Translations under genes and position numbers: made by a program
Origin: Lama guanicoe
Lineage: Eukaryota
NCBI GenBank assembly: GCA_013239625.1
Contig: MU053645.1
Coordinates: forward strand, 558,001-622,000
DNA: 64,000 nucleotides
Direction: 5' to 3'
In this document: one piece after another, positions 1 through 12,110 of the stretch
How the letters are laid out: every line of letters begins with the position of its first letter
Position numbering within the stretch: the first letter of the stretch is position 1
The notes under the pieces: model-generated
Database searches by the model: none
Seen by the model: only the letters and a program-made list of their open reading frames with translations
What the model was told of the DNA's origin: nothing

Positions 1-869
1 TTTAATCTCTAATACATGGGAGAACACAATCAAGGAAGAATGAATTGAGGGAAATGCTGATGAAAGATGTTATTAAATAATTAGATGTATTTTTTCACGT
101 TGTGAAGCTTTTTGAGGGGTCTGATCTTTCCAATAGCATTATTTTGGCCTGAGTTCCCCCAGAGGAGAATGATGTGATTAAATCATGTATTTCTTAAAAA
201 AAAAAACAAATAAAAAAACAGGCAAAGCCACAAATGGACCATAAACTGATCACATCTGATAAAATTCAAGGAAGCCATATCTCTAGTATGCAGAGAATTA
301 CTCAGTATTTTCCAAAATGATGAAAGAATTTTTAAAAAACTCTAAAGGAAAGAGATAAAGATATCCTCTACAGGAAAGGTGGGGAAAGATTGGGGCTAGT
401 GGTTAATATGACTTGTCTTTGAACTGCTGCTGCTAGAGTTGATATAGTAACTATTTTAATTATTACTAACACAATTCATTTCAACTGTGTGATTAAGAGA
501 GCTCCAGGTGTATATTGCAACTTCCACCTATGAATCACAAAGTATCTAACAAACATTGACTACCACAGTTCATGAAAAGTCAGTGATTTTTGCCAGTGGG
601 AAAAGAGAGTTATTAACTTGCCTACAGAAAGATTCAGGGTGCCATGGGGAAGGGGGAACCTGTATGAATTTTACAGAGGGAGAGGAATTTAATTTCCCTC
701 CATTCTTTTCTCTTTTCATGATTTGGGGAGGGGCAGGAATGAGGGGACAAGAGCAGCATTGAAGGTGTTTTTTTTTTTAACTTTTGTGCTCCAGAGGAAA
801 TAACAGAGCAAGTACAATAAAACTGTATGAAGCAATTAAATGACTAGGCGATTCACAGGGATGCGCTGA

Positions 870-953
870 GCACATATACACATATCTGTGTCAATCATTG
901 ATATAAAGAATAGTAGGAGCCACTATCCCTGCCTTTCAAGGAGTCCACAGTCT
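870..953 (-). mobile_element. L2 LINE 3' fragment
   Basis: 'atccctgcctttcaaggagtccacagtct' resembles the reverse-complement L2 3' region. Confidence 0.5.
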
Positions 954-1006
954 TTTAAAATGCACTAATTCACATTATTAATTTTGCCAACTGTTTTAAT
1001 AATTTG

Positions 1007-1235
1007 GTAGTTACAAAAGAAAATGTCCTTAATTTTTCAGACATGCATACTGAAGTATTTAGTGGTGAAACATCATGTATTTGTAGTTACCTTAAAACAA
1101 ATCTGGCAAAAATAAAGAGGTAGCAAATGTGGCAAAATGTTAACAATTGTCAAATCTAGGTACTTGATATATGGGGGTTCATTACACTTCTCTTTGCTTT
1201 TCAGCGTGTCTTCAAATTTTTATTACAAAAGATTA
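1007..1235 (+). mobile_element. Old L1 (L1MC/L1ME-type) 3' end
   Basis: 'atgtccttaa..catactgaagtatttagtggtgaaa..gcaaatgtggcaaaatgttaacaattg..aatctagg' is a typical L1MC/ME 3' UTR. Confidence 0.75.
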
Positions 1236-1614
1236 ATTTTTTTCACCAGGTTAACTGGGAAAAGTCAATTTTAACCATAAATCTGAATAATCTGAATAAC
1301 AACAACTTTTGAAAGAGACTTTTTTAAAAAATTGATTCTTCATAGTAGTTGGAGCTAAGCTAGTTTTGCCTTATAGTTTGATTGCTATATGCCTTATTTA
1401 AAAAGGAATTACAGAGGTTCAAGCAATTTAATTGGTCAAATAAATTTAAAATAACAGTAAAAATGTAAGAAGGAATCACAACATGCAGATCTTTATCCTC
1501 AGGTGAGGTGGGCTACAGAGTGAACCTTAAGCTGTCTGGCAGCAACATGAAGAGGGGAAATATTCAGTACAATGTTTATTAGAAAAAATAAACTAGTTTC
1601 AAAGAAATTATGAT

Positions 1615-1852
1615 ACTATTATAGCTCATATTTACTGAGCATTTATTGTGTATGTCAGGCATAGTTCTAATCACTTTTCATGTACAAATTCATTGAATCC
1701 CCACCACAGGGGCTTTTTTATCTCATTTTACAAGTGAGGACATTGAGGCTGATAGAGGGTAAGTGACTTACCAAAGTTCACACAGCCAGGAAGTGACAGA
1801 GTTAGGATTTAACCACAGCTAGTCCTGACTAGAAAGCCCACATTTTAATCTC
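1615..1852 (-). mobile_element. MIR SINE
   Basis: Antisense MIR core 'cattttacaagtgaggacattgaggct..gtaagtgacttaccaaagttcacacagc'. Confidence 0.85.
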
Positions 1853-2000
1853 TAATTAATACTGTCTCTTTTCCTGGTAAGCACAACTTTTCCTAATAAT
1901 GAGCCCAGAGAGAAACATATATTCTATATTTTGTAAAGCAAATAATGAATAACATCCTCAGAAAAACATCTTTACTGTAAACACAATGACAAGTTTCATC

Positions 2001-2042
2001 AAATTATCATGACAAGTTTCATCAAACTTGTCATGATAATTT
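2001..2042. repeat. Perfect 19-bp inverted repeat, 4-nt loop
   Basis: aaattatcatgacaagttt-catc-aaacttgtcatgataattt. Confidence 0.95.
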
Positions 2043-3119
2043 ACAATTATCCTATCCAGTGTTTGTGGTAAATGACTTCTTAGGTACTTAAAAATGATGT
2101 GCTTTAAGTAGCTTAAACACACCTCCCTCCATCTGCTAACACTGTTAATCTGGTAAGAATAAGTGTACCCCCTTTTTCCAGAAAAGTCTGACTCATCACA
2201 AATTCTGAATTGCTAGAGCATGAGTCTTTGACACGTTAAAAGTGGCAAGGCTCATTTAGACTTAATTCATACTTATTCTAGGTAGGATCATGATAGCAGT
2301 CTTTGAATATTACGATAGATTAAACAATGAAGTCAAATGGTGGGAAGTGAGTGCTGAGCAGCCTGACTGAATGTTAAATTCAGTTATGCTAGCATGTTGT
2401 GAATTTGCTCTTGAACAAATCAACCAAGTACCCCACCACCTACCCACCTCTATCTCCTTCCCTCTACTTATTTCTTATTCATCTTCTAAGTGGGTGCTTA
2501 AGGCTAGAATTTCTATCTAGAGAATATCTCAGTGATCATTATGCAATTAAAAATGATAAGCAGGACATGGATCTTTTTCTTAAAAATCTAGAAACATCTG
2601 ATTATGTAAAATGCAGACTTGAGATATGTCATTAAATTACAACATTATAGCACTTCAAAGCCTGGATTTGTACGCTTCAGGAACACTAGTCATTCGTATA
2701 CTGAACTGAGGAGGAGGCAGGGGAAACAGGTGGCCTATTACTAGATCCATTAAACAAGAGATTTATGCATTACATATCCATCTTGAGGCAATTAGGCTGG
2801 TCTTTTTTTTTCCTTTTATGACTTCATTGAAAACTCCCAGTAATAAAGCAATTATGAAGTAAGTATCTTAGCATTTATCTATGATATCAAAGGCAATAGA
2901 CTTCCCATGCATTAGAAGTAAAGTGGACTTCTATTCACCTTTCCTCTGAGAAATTCAGCACTTTCAAGGCAAAGTCACTGTTCTGAAAGATGTGTAAATA
3001 TGAGAGGTCTAGTGTGTGAATGGCAAGATGGGTGAGATGCTTTGTTTTAATTGCCAAATCATTGTTCATTTTAAACAAACTCTAATTATTAACTGCCAAA
3101 TTTTTATCATTTAAAAACA

Positions 3120-3365
3120 GACAGTTACTAACATGGATTGAACACTTAAACTGTACCAGGCTGTGTGTAAAACATATTATGGGCATTATTTCACTTAATG
3201 CTCACAACCCCAATAATTACAATCATTATCTATATTGTATAGATGTGAAAAACTGAAGCTAGGAAAGGTTACATAAATGATCTAAGATCAACCAGCTAGA
3301 AAATGGTGGAACCAGGATTTCATTTCAGACAGCCTAACACTGAATTCATTACCATGCTATATACC
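3120..3365 (-). mobile_element. MIR SINE
   Basis: Core 'tatagatgtgaaaactgaagct..ggttacataaatgatctaagatca..accaggatttc'. Confidence 0.8.
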
Positions 3366-3683
3366 ATTTGTGGTAGTGTGATGACAAAATACTTGGGGAA
3401 TAAGGAAAAAACAATTTATAATCATTTAAATACTGATGTTGTAAATCAATTTCTAGTGGTAAGTTGGGGCAGACTGAACAGGATCAGGACTCAAAATCTA
3501 GTAAGATCCCTAGATTTGATCAAAGATCAGGGGTCAGAACATGGGAGAAAGGCACTACATTCTGGAAAATAGGAGACTGGTTAACAAAGAACCAGATTTC
3601 AAGACTTACTATTTCTAGTAGGGCCAGATCAAGCATATGATTGAGTTTTAGGTGGAAAGAATTCGCTAGGAGTCCAAGTAGGG

Positions 3684-4349
3684 ATATGTTTGTGAGTCTG
3701 TTTCTGTTTTGTAAATAAGTTCATTTGTGTAATTTTTTTTAGGTTCCAGATATAAGTGATAGCATATGGTATTTTTTTTCTTTCTGGCTTACTTCACTTA
3801 GTATGATAATCTCCTGGTCCATCCATGTTGCTGCAAATGGCATGATTTTATTCTTTTTTAAGGCTGAGTAGTAATATATATATATTACTACTTGTGGTGT
3901 ATTTATATTTTATATAATATATATATATATATATTATATATATATATATATATATATTTTTATTTGTGTATATATACACACACACCACAATTTCTTTATC
4001 CAGTCATCTGTCAATGGACATTTAGGTTGCTTCCATGTCTTGGCTACTGTAGATAGTGCTGCTATGAACATTGGGGTGCATGCATCTTTTCAAATTAGAT
4101 TTACCTCTGGATATGTGCCCAGGAGTGGGATAGCAGGACCATATGGTAAATCTATTTTTAGTTTTTTTTTTTAAGAAAACTCCATACTGTTTACCATAGT
4201 GGCTGCACTAATTTACATTCCCACCATCACTGTAGAAGGGTTCCTTTTTCTCCACACCCTCTCCAGCATTTATCGTTTGTGGACTTTTTAATGATGGCCA
4301 TTCTGATTGATGTGAGGTAATATCTTATTAAGTTTTGATTTGCATTTCT
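3684..4349 (-). mobile_element. L1 fragment (ORF2 end/3' UTR) containing a (TA)n microsatellite at ~3873-3976
   Basis: 'ttacttcacttagtatgataatctc..ccatgttgctgcaaatggca', 'ttctccacaccctctccagcattt' are antisense L1; no poly-A end. Confidence 0.9.
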
Positions 4350-4408
4350 ATTGGAGAAGTACTGAGATACTTAGGGCAGCACAAAACCAGCAAGTGAATG
4401 AAATAGAT

Positions 4409-4588
4409 CAGAGGTTCTTAACCTCACGTTTACATTAGAACTACCTATCAAACTTTAAAAAATAATCCTGATGTCCAGACTATATTCCAGACAAGCTACA
4501 TCAGAATCTCTGAGAGTGAGATCAGGCATCGATACTTTTTAAAGTTGCCCACTGACTATTACATCTAGAGAAGATTTAGAACCACTAA
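4409..4588. mobile_element. MER5A-like hAT-Charlie MITE
   Basis: Ends 'cagaggttcttaacct' and 'tttagaaccact'; internal 'atcagaatctctgagagtgagatcaggcatc..ttttaaag'. Confidence 0.7.
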
Positions 4589-6054
4589 ACTTGGTACCAA
4601 GTCATGGAATAGCTAGAAGTCTTTATTTTCCCCTATGTAGTGTAGGTGTCTACAGTATCCCAGAAACTGGGGTAAGACTGAGCCTACAGGTATTTAACTA
4701 CTGGTCTCAATACTGAATGTTAGAGTAGTATACACAGGTAAGCATGTCATGTTATTTGTTTCTAAATAATGTCAAATGCCCAGATGGTTCTAAATTTGAT
4801 TGATGCATGGCTCTGAATATCCAGATGCTTAACATCATGTAGTAAATTCATCTTGATGACTAAATAAAATCCAATTTTTTTACCTAATGTGTTGATACAC
4901 AAAAGTACTAATATAGCCATGAGATTTATCATTATGACTCAGATATACTTTATGCCAAACCACCTCTGTCCAACCAAATAATACCATATAGTAAAGCTTA
5001 ATGACACTGCCTACAAGCTTGCCATAGTCACAGAATAAAGTTCTAACTCTTGAAACCCAGGGTTTTAATTCAATTAAAATTCACTGATGGTATGCCACGT
5101 ACCAAATACATGATGTAACATACATTAAGGATATATGATATTAAGGCTGCATGGTAACAGCTAATTTGGGGAAATGGGTTGGCCATAAATTGTTGCTTCA
5201 AGAAGAAACAAAATATTGCACAACATTAAGTTAAAAAGAGGCAAAATACACAGTATTGATTGTGTTGTGGTTTAAAATTAGATAAAGAAGAATTTAAGGC
5301 TTTGGGGGTAGTTTTCTTACGCACTGACAGAACTCAAAATGGTATCATTTTTATAAATCAAATTTGACAGGTGATTAATCTGTAATAAATACTAATTAAA
5401 ATGGCTTGGAAAATAATTTCTAAAAGTATATTAAAACACAGCCAAAAAGAAATATCTTAAAATCACCTGAGCATAAGCATCTATCTCAAAATGCAAACTG
5501 TGACACCAACTCATTGACAAATGAGGTGTAAGCTATATGGGAACGAAGAAAGATTATTCTCGTTCAAAGTGACATTCTAGACATTTAATTTTTGCAGCAG
5601 TAATGGGTCCTCAATTAAAAGCTTTATAACTCAAGCAGTTCTCATCAGGAAGAGCAATATGTAGCATGCAATAGAAGAAGCCTAGTCGGTTAGATCAGCC
5701 ATCAAAACAACTGCTAATATTGGATAAGGATACTTGGTATCTTCCACCTAATGTTTTAGACAATTGATAACTGAGCAACTTCTGAAGAGGTTCCCAAAAG
5801 TATGAATTTTAAGGGAACAAAACAGAACTGTTTTCTAAATTGTGTTTAAAGTGAAAACCAGGATTCTGTAGTCAGACAGGTATTGAAAAAGTCCAGGTTA
5901 AATAAAGTAAAACAATTTCAAATGATGCAGGACTTCTCTGAGGTTTTAATATTGTGAATTGAAAACCAAAACTGTCTACTTTCACACTTAGTATGGACAC
6001 TGAGAATGAAAACCACACCTTACTCTCTATATTAACATGACCGTAGTATTTCAT

Positions 6055-6440
6055 TGTCTTTATTAGCCTTTCTTCACTCTTCCAGGACTATCCTGTCCAT
6101 GAAAATGATGTGCTTATTTATTACAGGAAATTCCTGAAAGACTAACTCTTCAGTGGAAAGTATCCAACAGATAACTTGAGCCCTAAGATTCTTCGAATCC
6201 TACCTTCAAAATCCTTACCTTGCTGCTTCCACCAATCCTGTACTGTTATATCACGATTCTTAGTCAGTCCTAATCAGAGCCCCACATTTAAATACCCGCC
6301 ATAAATCAAATTTCCAATTCTTAATAAACTGTCTTTACCTCCCAGACTCTTGAGACATAGTAGCCCAAGTTTTGTGAAGATATCTGAGGAATAAACCCAG
6401 CATTGTCTTATCCTCAAGTTGTGTTGGTGATATTCAGACA
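6055..6440 (+). mobile_element. Probable ancient ERV1 solo LTR (MER89/MER110-like)
   Basis: CCAAT box, then poly-A signal and terminal 'aataaacccagcattgtcttatc..gttggtgatattcagaca' resembling this LTR group. Confidence 0.45.
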
Positions 6441-6604
6441 GAATTCATGACAGAATCTTCAAGATGATGGTACATGGCACATCATTTTCTAAATTGTTTG
6501 ACTCCCTCCTCAATATATGCATGCATATACATGTACATGAATGTGTGTGCATGTGCACATGTGACTGTGTATGTAATACCTTTCACATTGATACATTTTG
6601 AGAA

Positions 6605-6775
6605 AGGCTGATGTAGTGAAAAGGATCTTGGACTAACATCAGGAAATTTATGTTCCTGCTTCTAACTACTTGTGTTTTGGGGGTAAATCCCTCCCCTTAT
6701 CTGGGCCTTAACTTTCCTCATCTGTAAATGAAATGACAGGATTGGTGATCTCTCAAGATGTGGCCAGATTAATAA
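6605..6775 (+). mobile_element. MIR (MIR3/MIRc-like)
   Basis: Core 'ctgggccttaactttcctcatctgtaaatg'. Confidence 0.65.
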
Positions 6776-7194
6776 TCAGCCATATCTTTTTTTTCCCACC
6801 AAGACAGTCAGGATGAAAGATGTACAGAAGTCTGAGCTGTAGCATAAGGCAGGTTGTAAATTATAAACAAATTCTGGCATACTAGCCTTTCTCTCTCATT
6901 CAAGAATTAAGATAGAAATATAAGTCAGTGAGTGATGTTATTATAGGACTATACTTGAATCTGTTCACAATTTTTACTAGTAAGCAAGTACTTGAAATAC
7001 GTCACTAGTAAATAGTAACCTGGAGGCTGAAAATGAAATCAGATTCATACACTACCTAGTACTGAGCTCAGTTCCAGCAGAGGCATAGCAAGTCACGACA
7101 GCTGTTAACTGGAGGACTGCAAATTGATTGCCCCTAATATTTCTCTGTACTGGTGAATGTCTTCTCATTTGTAGAGTACTTCAAAATGATGCTA

Positions 7195-7416
7195 ATTATA
7201 TCTCTTACGTTTGTATAGCACTTTACATTTTGCTGGGCTCTTTTGCTTACATTCTTTCTGAGCCCATACAATAAACCTGAGCTATAAGTGAAGGAGGTGG
7301 TTATTTCTCTAATTTTGGAAATGAGGAAGGAGTTTCACAGAAGTTAAGTAACTTGCTTAAGGTTACACAGTAGAAGATCCAGTAGTCCAGTATAGATTTT
7401 CAGATTCCATTTCTTT
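7195..7416 (-). mobile_element. MIR SINE
   Basis: 'aatgaggaagga..cagaagttaagtaacttgcttaaggttacacag'. Confidence 0.75.
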
Positions 7417-7684
7417 CTTTTTAAATCAAAGTACTTTTTTCCATTTCATTACTTATATTAATATCAGAACCTCGCATACTGGAGGAATACATAAATCTTT
7501 TATTTCCACTAAATAAATAGGAAATTTGATGTTTTATTTTGTAATTTTAAGGTGTACAGTGTGTTACTTTCATACATTTGCATACTGTAATATAATTGTC
7601 ATTGAAGCAATACTTATCACATGACATCTTTTTCAACAACATGGATGGACCTTGAGTACATTGCACTAAGCTAGATAAGTCAGA
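7417..7684 (-). mobile_element. Short 5'-inverted L1 (L1MA-like) with ~115 nt of extra non-L1 sequence
   Basis: Antisense L1 3' piece ~7532-7622, sense piece ~7623-7684 'caacaacatggatggaccttgag..ataagtcagacaga'; candidate TSD 7401-7416/7685-7700. Confidence 0.6.
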
Positions 7685-7719
7685 CAGATTCCAATTATTT
7701 ATCTTTTCTTCTCTCCTCA

Positions 7720-8066
7720 AAATTTCTATATTTCATCACTCTGTGCCCATCAAAATCCTGTTAAATCCAATGACCTCTTCATTTATTCTTTCTTCATCCT
7801 TCACTGTTTGTTCATTCCTCTTTGATTTTTCTACCTTCTTCAACACTGTTAAGCATCCCTTTCATCTTGTTCTCTCTCACTTCTTTGCTATTTTTCTCTC
7901 CCCTTCTCTTGCTCCCTTTTCCCTCAGATCCCCTAAAGTGTGTTTCCTAAACTGATCTTGACATTGTTCTACTGTCTCTTTGTACTTTGCCCTTTGGCAA
8001 TTTCATTTCACTTTAAAATCTCAATTATTATATCTGTACGGATGACACCAAAATCTCTCTTTCTAG
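7720..8066 (+). mobile_element. L2 internal fragment
   Basis: Pyrimidine-rich; 'atctgtacggatgacaccaaaatctct' resembles the L2 YADD region. Confidence 0.55.
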
Positions 8067-8296
8067 TATGAGACAAATACAGATAAAATGCTATAAAAGC
8101 TTGAATAAAGTAGCATTCACTTCCAGGTATTATTTTGTTTTTTGGGGGGAAGATAAAGTGGGAATAAGAAATTTCCTGGTGGGGAGGTAGCTTTTCAGTG
8201 GGACCTTAAAGTCTGGAGCAAAATTTGAATAAGCAGAAATGGTAGAAAAAGTTTTTCAATAGAAGAAACAGGGTGAACAAAAGCACACTGGTGGGA

Positions 8297-8989
8297 CTGC
8301 TGCAACAAACTACATTCCCACCAACTGTGTAGGAGGGTTACCTTTTCTCCACACCCTCTCCAGCATTTATTGAAGCAGTCTCACTCTTGGGCATATATCT
8401 AGAGGAAACTCTAATTCAAAAAGATACATGCACCCTGATGTTCATAGCAGCACTATTCACAATAGCCAAGACGTGGAAATAAACTAAATATCTATGAACA
8501 CATGACTGGATAAAGATGTTGTGGTACATATATACCATTGAATACTACTCAACCATAAAAAATAACAAAATCATGCCATTTGCAGCAAGATGGATGGACC
8601 TAGAGATTATGATACTAAGTGATACCATATGATATCACTTATATGTGTAATCTAAAAAAAGGACACATATTAACTTAAAAAACAGAAATAGACCCACAGA
8701 TATAGAAAACAAACTTATAGTTACCAGAGGGGGGAAGGGGTGGGAAGAGACAAATTGGGAGATTGAGATTTGCAGATACTAACTACTATATATAAAATAG
8801 ATAAACAATGAGTTTATATTGTACAGCACAGGGAACTATTTTCAATATCTTGTAGTAACCTATATGAAAAGGAATATGAAAATGAATATATGTGTGTACA
8901 TGTATGACTAAAACATTATGCTGTACACCAGAAATTGACACAACATTGTAAACTATACTTCAATTAAAAAAAAAAAGAAAGGAAGGGAA
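8297..8989 (+). mobile_element. 5'-inverted L1 (cetartiodactyl-type 3' end) with TSD
   Basis: Antisense piece 8297-8371, sense piece 8372 to A-tail; TSD aaaagcaca(c/t)tggtggga 8279-8296/8990-9007; interrupts an antisense L2-like segment. Confidence 0.92.
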
Positions 8990-9258
8990 AAAAGCACATT
9001 GGTGGGAAATGATAGAGCATGTGTGGGAAACAGCAGGCATTCAGTTTGCATTATAAAATTATTAAATGCAGTAGTGAGAATTAATATTTGCTGAGATTTG
9101 GGGGGGTCTTCAGAGATAGCCATGGGATTTTGACTATATTTGAACTTAAGATACTAGAAGGACCACCAGGTTGAATTATCCAGTGGGGAGATGCATAAGT
9201 GAAACTGGAATTAGGAAAAAAATTAACTGCTGTGTTTACAGTATCATACCGCATTGTT

Positions 9259-9302
9259 TTTTTGTTTCTTGAGAGAATGATTTTTGTTTCTTGAGAGAAT
9301 GA
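9259..9302. repeat. Perfect 22-bp tandem duplication
   Basis: tttttgtttcttgagagaatga x2. Confidence 0.9.
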
Positions 9303-9539
9303 CATTTCATATTGATTACCCACCCCGTTATTAACACTTAGTGTGGTATCTTGGAGTCAATAAAGGAATAAATGACGCTTACTTAATTACTGACATTGCC
9401 TTTCATGATCTTTGATTCTGTGACCTTATACATCTTCGTGTGTCTAGTGGAAAGAACTCTAGTCTGAAAATCTGGAACCCAATTTCCAGTGTTCTACTAA
9501 AACCATCCTAATTAGTTTCACTGTATCCCCTCTATAACA

Positions 9540-9740
9540 GGAATCATATGCCTGGACTCCTGTTCAACCCTCCACTGTAGGTCAGATGCTCCTCTTCTGA
9601 AATACTTTAGGACTCTGTGTACACTACTACTCACTATGCACTTGGGCTGTGGGATCCTTCTAGGAAAGGACTATGTATTTTACTCTTGTATCATCTGGCA
9701 TGTACACAGTGGGCACTAAAAACAGCACCCAGTGAATGTA
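9540..9740 (+). mobile_element. L2 3' fragment
   Basis: 'aaaggactatgtattttactcttgtatc..acacagtgggcact'. Confidence 0.55.
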
Positions 9741-11079
9741 GAAATGGTTGTTCCAAAGTTGTTTTAAAATATCACTACTTGTGCTTGCATTTATTGTTTC
9801 CTAAGTGCATGATACTCTAATTAGTAGTGTGGTATCAAATAGATTCTGTCCTCAAATAGCTTTTCATCTACTAGGGGAGATGTGACTTGTATTTTAAATA
9901 CACACACACATACACACAAACTAAAAAGGTCAATGAAACAATTTCCAAGCAGGTGCTTTCACTGTCCCCTAAAAGTCTTTCATTGCAGCCAGGTGTTTGA
10001 GATCCTGGATACCCAACACCTGGATGATTCCTGACTTCTCCTCCAGATGTCATGCCATTTTGTAATTATGGGCTAACTCTCCCCTGTGTTCTGGGGTTGC
10101 TGTCAAAGTCAACTCTGAATAACTTGATGTGAGTTTTGAAAACAGTGCAGTAAGTTCAGAATGATGGATTAAATGTAAAATCTCTGCCCAGTGCAAGAGG
10201 AATAGTTACTTCTTGCCAAATCACTGCTGTAAGAATCACTTGCTGTCTAAATAAACAGTATGCACTTGATGAGAACATGGTCTGGCTTGGGAAAATCACC
10301 ACCAGCTGTCCTCAGACCCTGAATCACATATTGAAAAGAAAATGTTTGAGTTTTCATAATATTTATTCATATCCATTGCCCCCTCCTTCCCCTGGCTTGA
10401 GGGCTTTGAACTCCTTCTGGAAACACATTTTTACACCTAACAGATTTCTAAATCCTACTGAAAACTGATCAAATTCTCTAGGAATAGATTTTATGTGAAT
10501 CCAAGCACAGCTCAGAAACTGCTCTTGTCACATATACTAAAACAAATCACAATGATAAAGGTGCAGTTCTTACAGGTTTATATGACATTTCCCCACTTAC
10601 TTTTATTAGGTAAGCTAGATCCATTTCCCCTATGCCACATCACAAAGCAGATGTCAAGAGATTCAGATCATAGCTGTTCCATTCTCTACTCCTCCTGGTG
10701 ACAGTGCCTGGTTTTCTTTTCCACCACACCCCTAACAGTAATTTCTGCCCAGTCAAGACAGTTTTAAGCAATACCTTGAGCAAGTAAGTCTTTTCCTCTC
10801 TCTCTCCTACTTTAAATGTTCCAAGGACAGCTCAGGTCCTTGGGACTCACTGAAGATTCCCTTGATCATTCAAGCCTGCAGTGAGCTCCCAAAACACTTA
10901 CCAGCTATTGCATTCCAGTCACGCTCCATGCTGCTAATCTCCAAACTGTCAGTTGATTAAATTTTAAGACCTACATGTCCAAGTCAAAAAATACTCTAAT
11001 ATCCTCACTGATCTTCCTCCTCAGTGGTGGAGCTGGCAAATGAGCATACAAGAAGATGTCAGAGTAGTCCAATGATAAA

Positions 11080-11233
11080 CAGAGGTTTTGAACCTAGGTT
11101 CCAAGACCCTAAGAACTTCCTGATATTACATGCACAACTTTCAGCCTATGGACATTATTTTCTCTGCAAAGTTTGTACAGTTTTCATTGTCTTCTCAAAA
11201 TAATCTGTGATTGCCAAATAGCTATGAACTACA
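11080..11233. mobile_element. hAT-Charlie MITE (Charlie4z-like)
   Basis: 'cagaggttttgaacctaggttcc' start; 'ttttcattgtcttctcaaaataatctgtga..gctatgaactacag' end. Confidence 0.55.
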
Positions 11234-11914
11234 GAGGTTTGTGCCTTGTGGCCTTCTCAGAACAGTCTTGGTCTGTGGTTCTGTCTTCAGCCGAAAGGAT
11301 GTTGTGATCAGTGAACATACTTCCTCTCTGACTTCCCTGGGACTGTGAGGGAGGAAATGGCTATGAATATATGGATGCCCCTAAAGAAAGGAACTCTGTG
11401 TTCAGAGCCTAGAAGTAGCATGATTATTGTCATTTGTATTTATTTTCTCCCTGGCATACTCCTAGTGCTGGACAATCTACAAAACTCTTCTTATGCACTA
11501 CCTCCATTCCTATCCTAACTCTCTCCTTTCTCCTACCTCTCCCGCTCCTCAACCTTGGTTTGATTGATTTGCTCCAGCAGGATCTGCCCTGAAGGCTGAC
11601 AAAGGTTAATGTTTTAAACAAATTAAAGAAAGCAGAACGTTTGTTTACAGTGGCTTACTGGTGCAGCTGATCCTTAAGGAATCGGGTTAGGTAGAACTGT
11701 AAAGCAAAACTTCTATTAACTCTCTCTTCCTTTTTGTGGCTACCCTCATCCCACTGCACAATAGTAGATTCCTCCTCAAAACCCGCCTTTTATTGCCCAC
11801 ATTTGATTCTTGGTATACTTCTTGCATACTTCTGGGAAATCCCTATCACATATTTGTTAGTTACACTTAGTATTGTGGGTTATAGTGCAGTGTCTATTTC
11901 TAACAACATTCTAT

Positions 11915-12110
11915 ATTTTTGGACTTTTGTAGTATCTATTTCAAAGCCTTACTCCATATATGATTTTTTTTTTTACCGTGCACCGGCAGGCATCATTTCT
12001 TTCCCTTGGAAAATGAATAAACTAAGGCACAGTCTGGCACAAGTCTGGCAACTTGCTGAAGACTCAGCAGGGTTGGAAACAAGAATCTCTTGTTACCTCA
12101 TCTGCCTCCA
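11915..12110 (-). mobile_element. MIR SINE (degraded)
   Basis: 'aaatgaataaactaaggcacag..aacttgctgaagactcag..ggttggaaacaagaatct'. Confidence 0.55.

Noticed and set aside
10586..10615. Plus-strand recursive-splice-like motif ttttattag|gtaagc
   Set aside because: A single short motif, and no evidence of a plus-strand host transcript.
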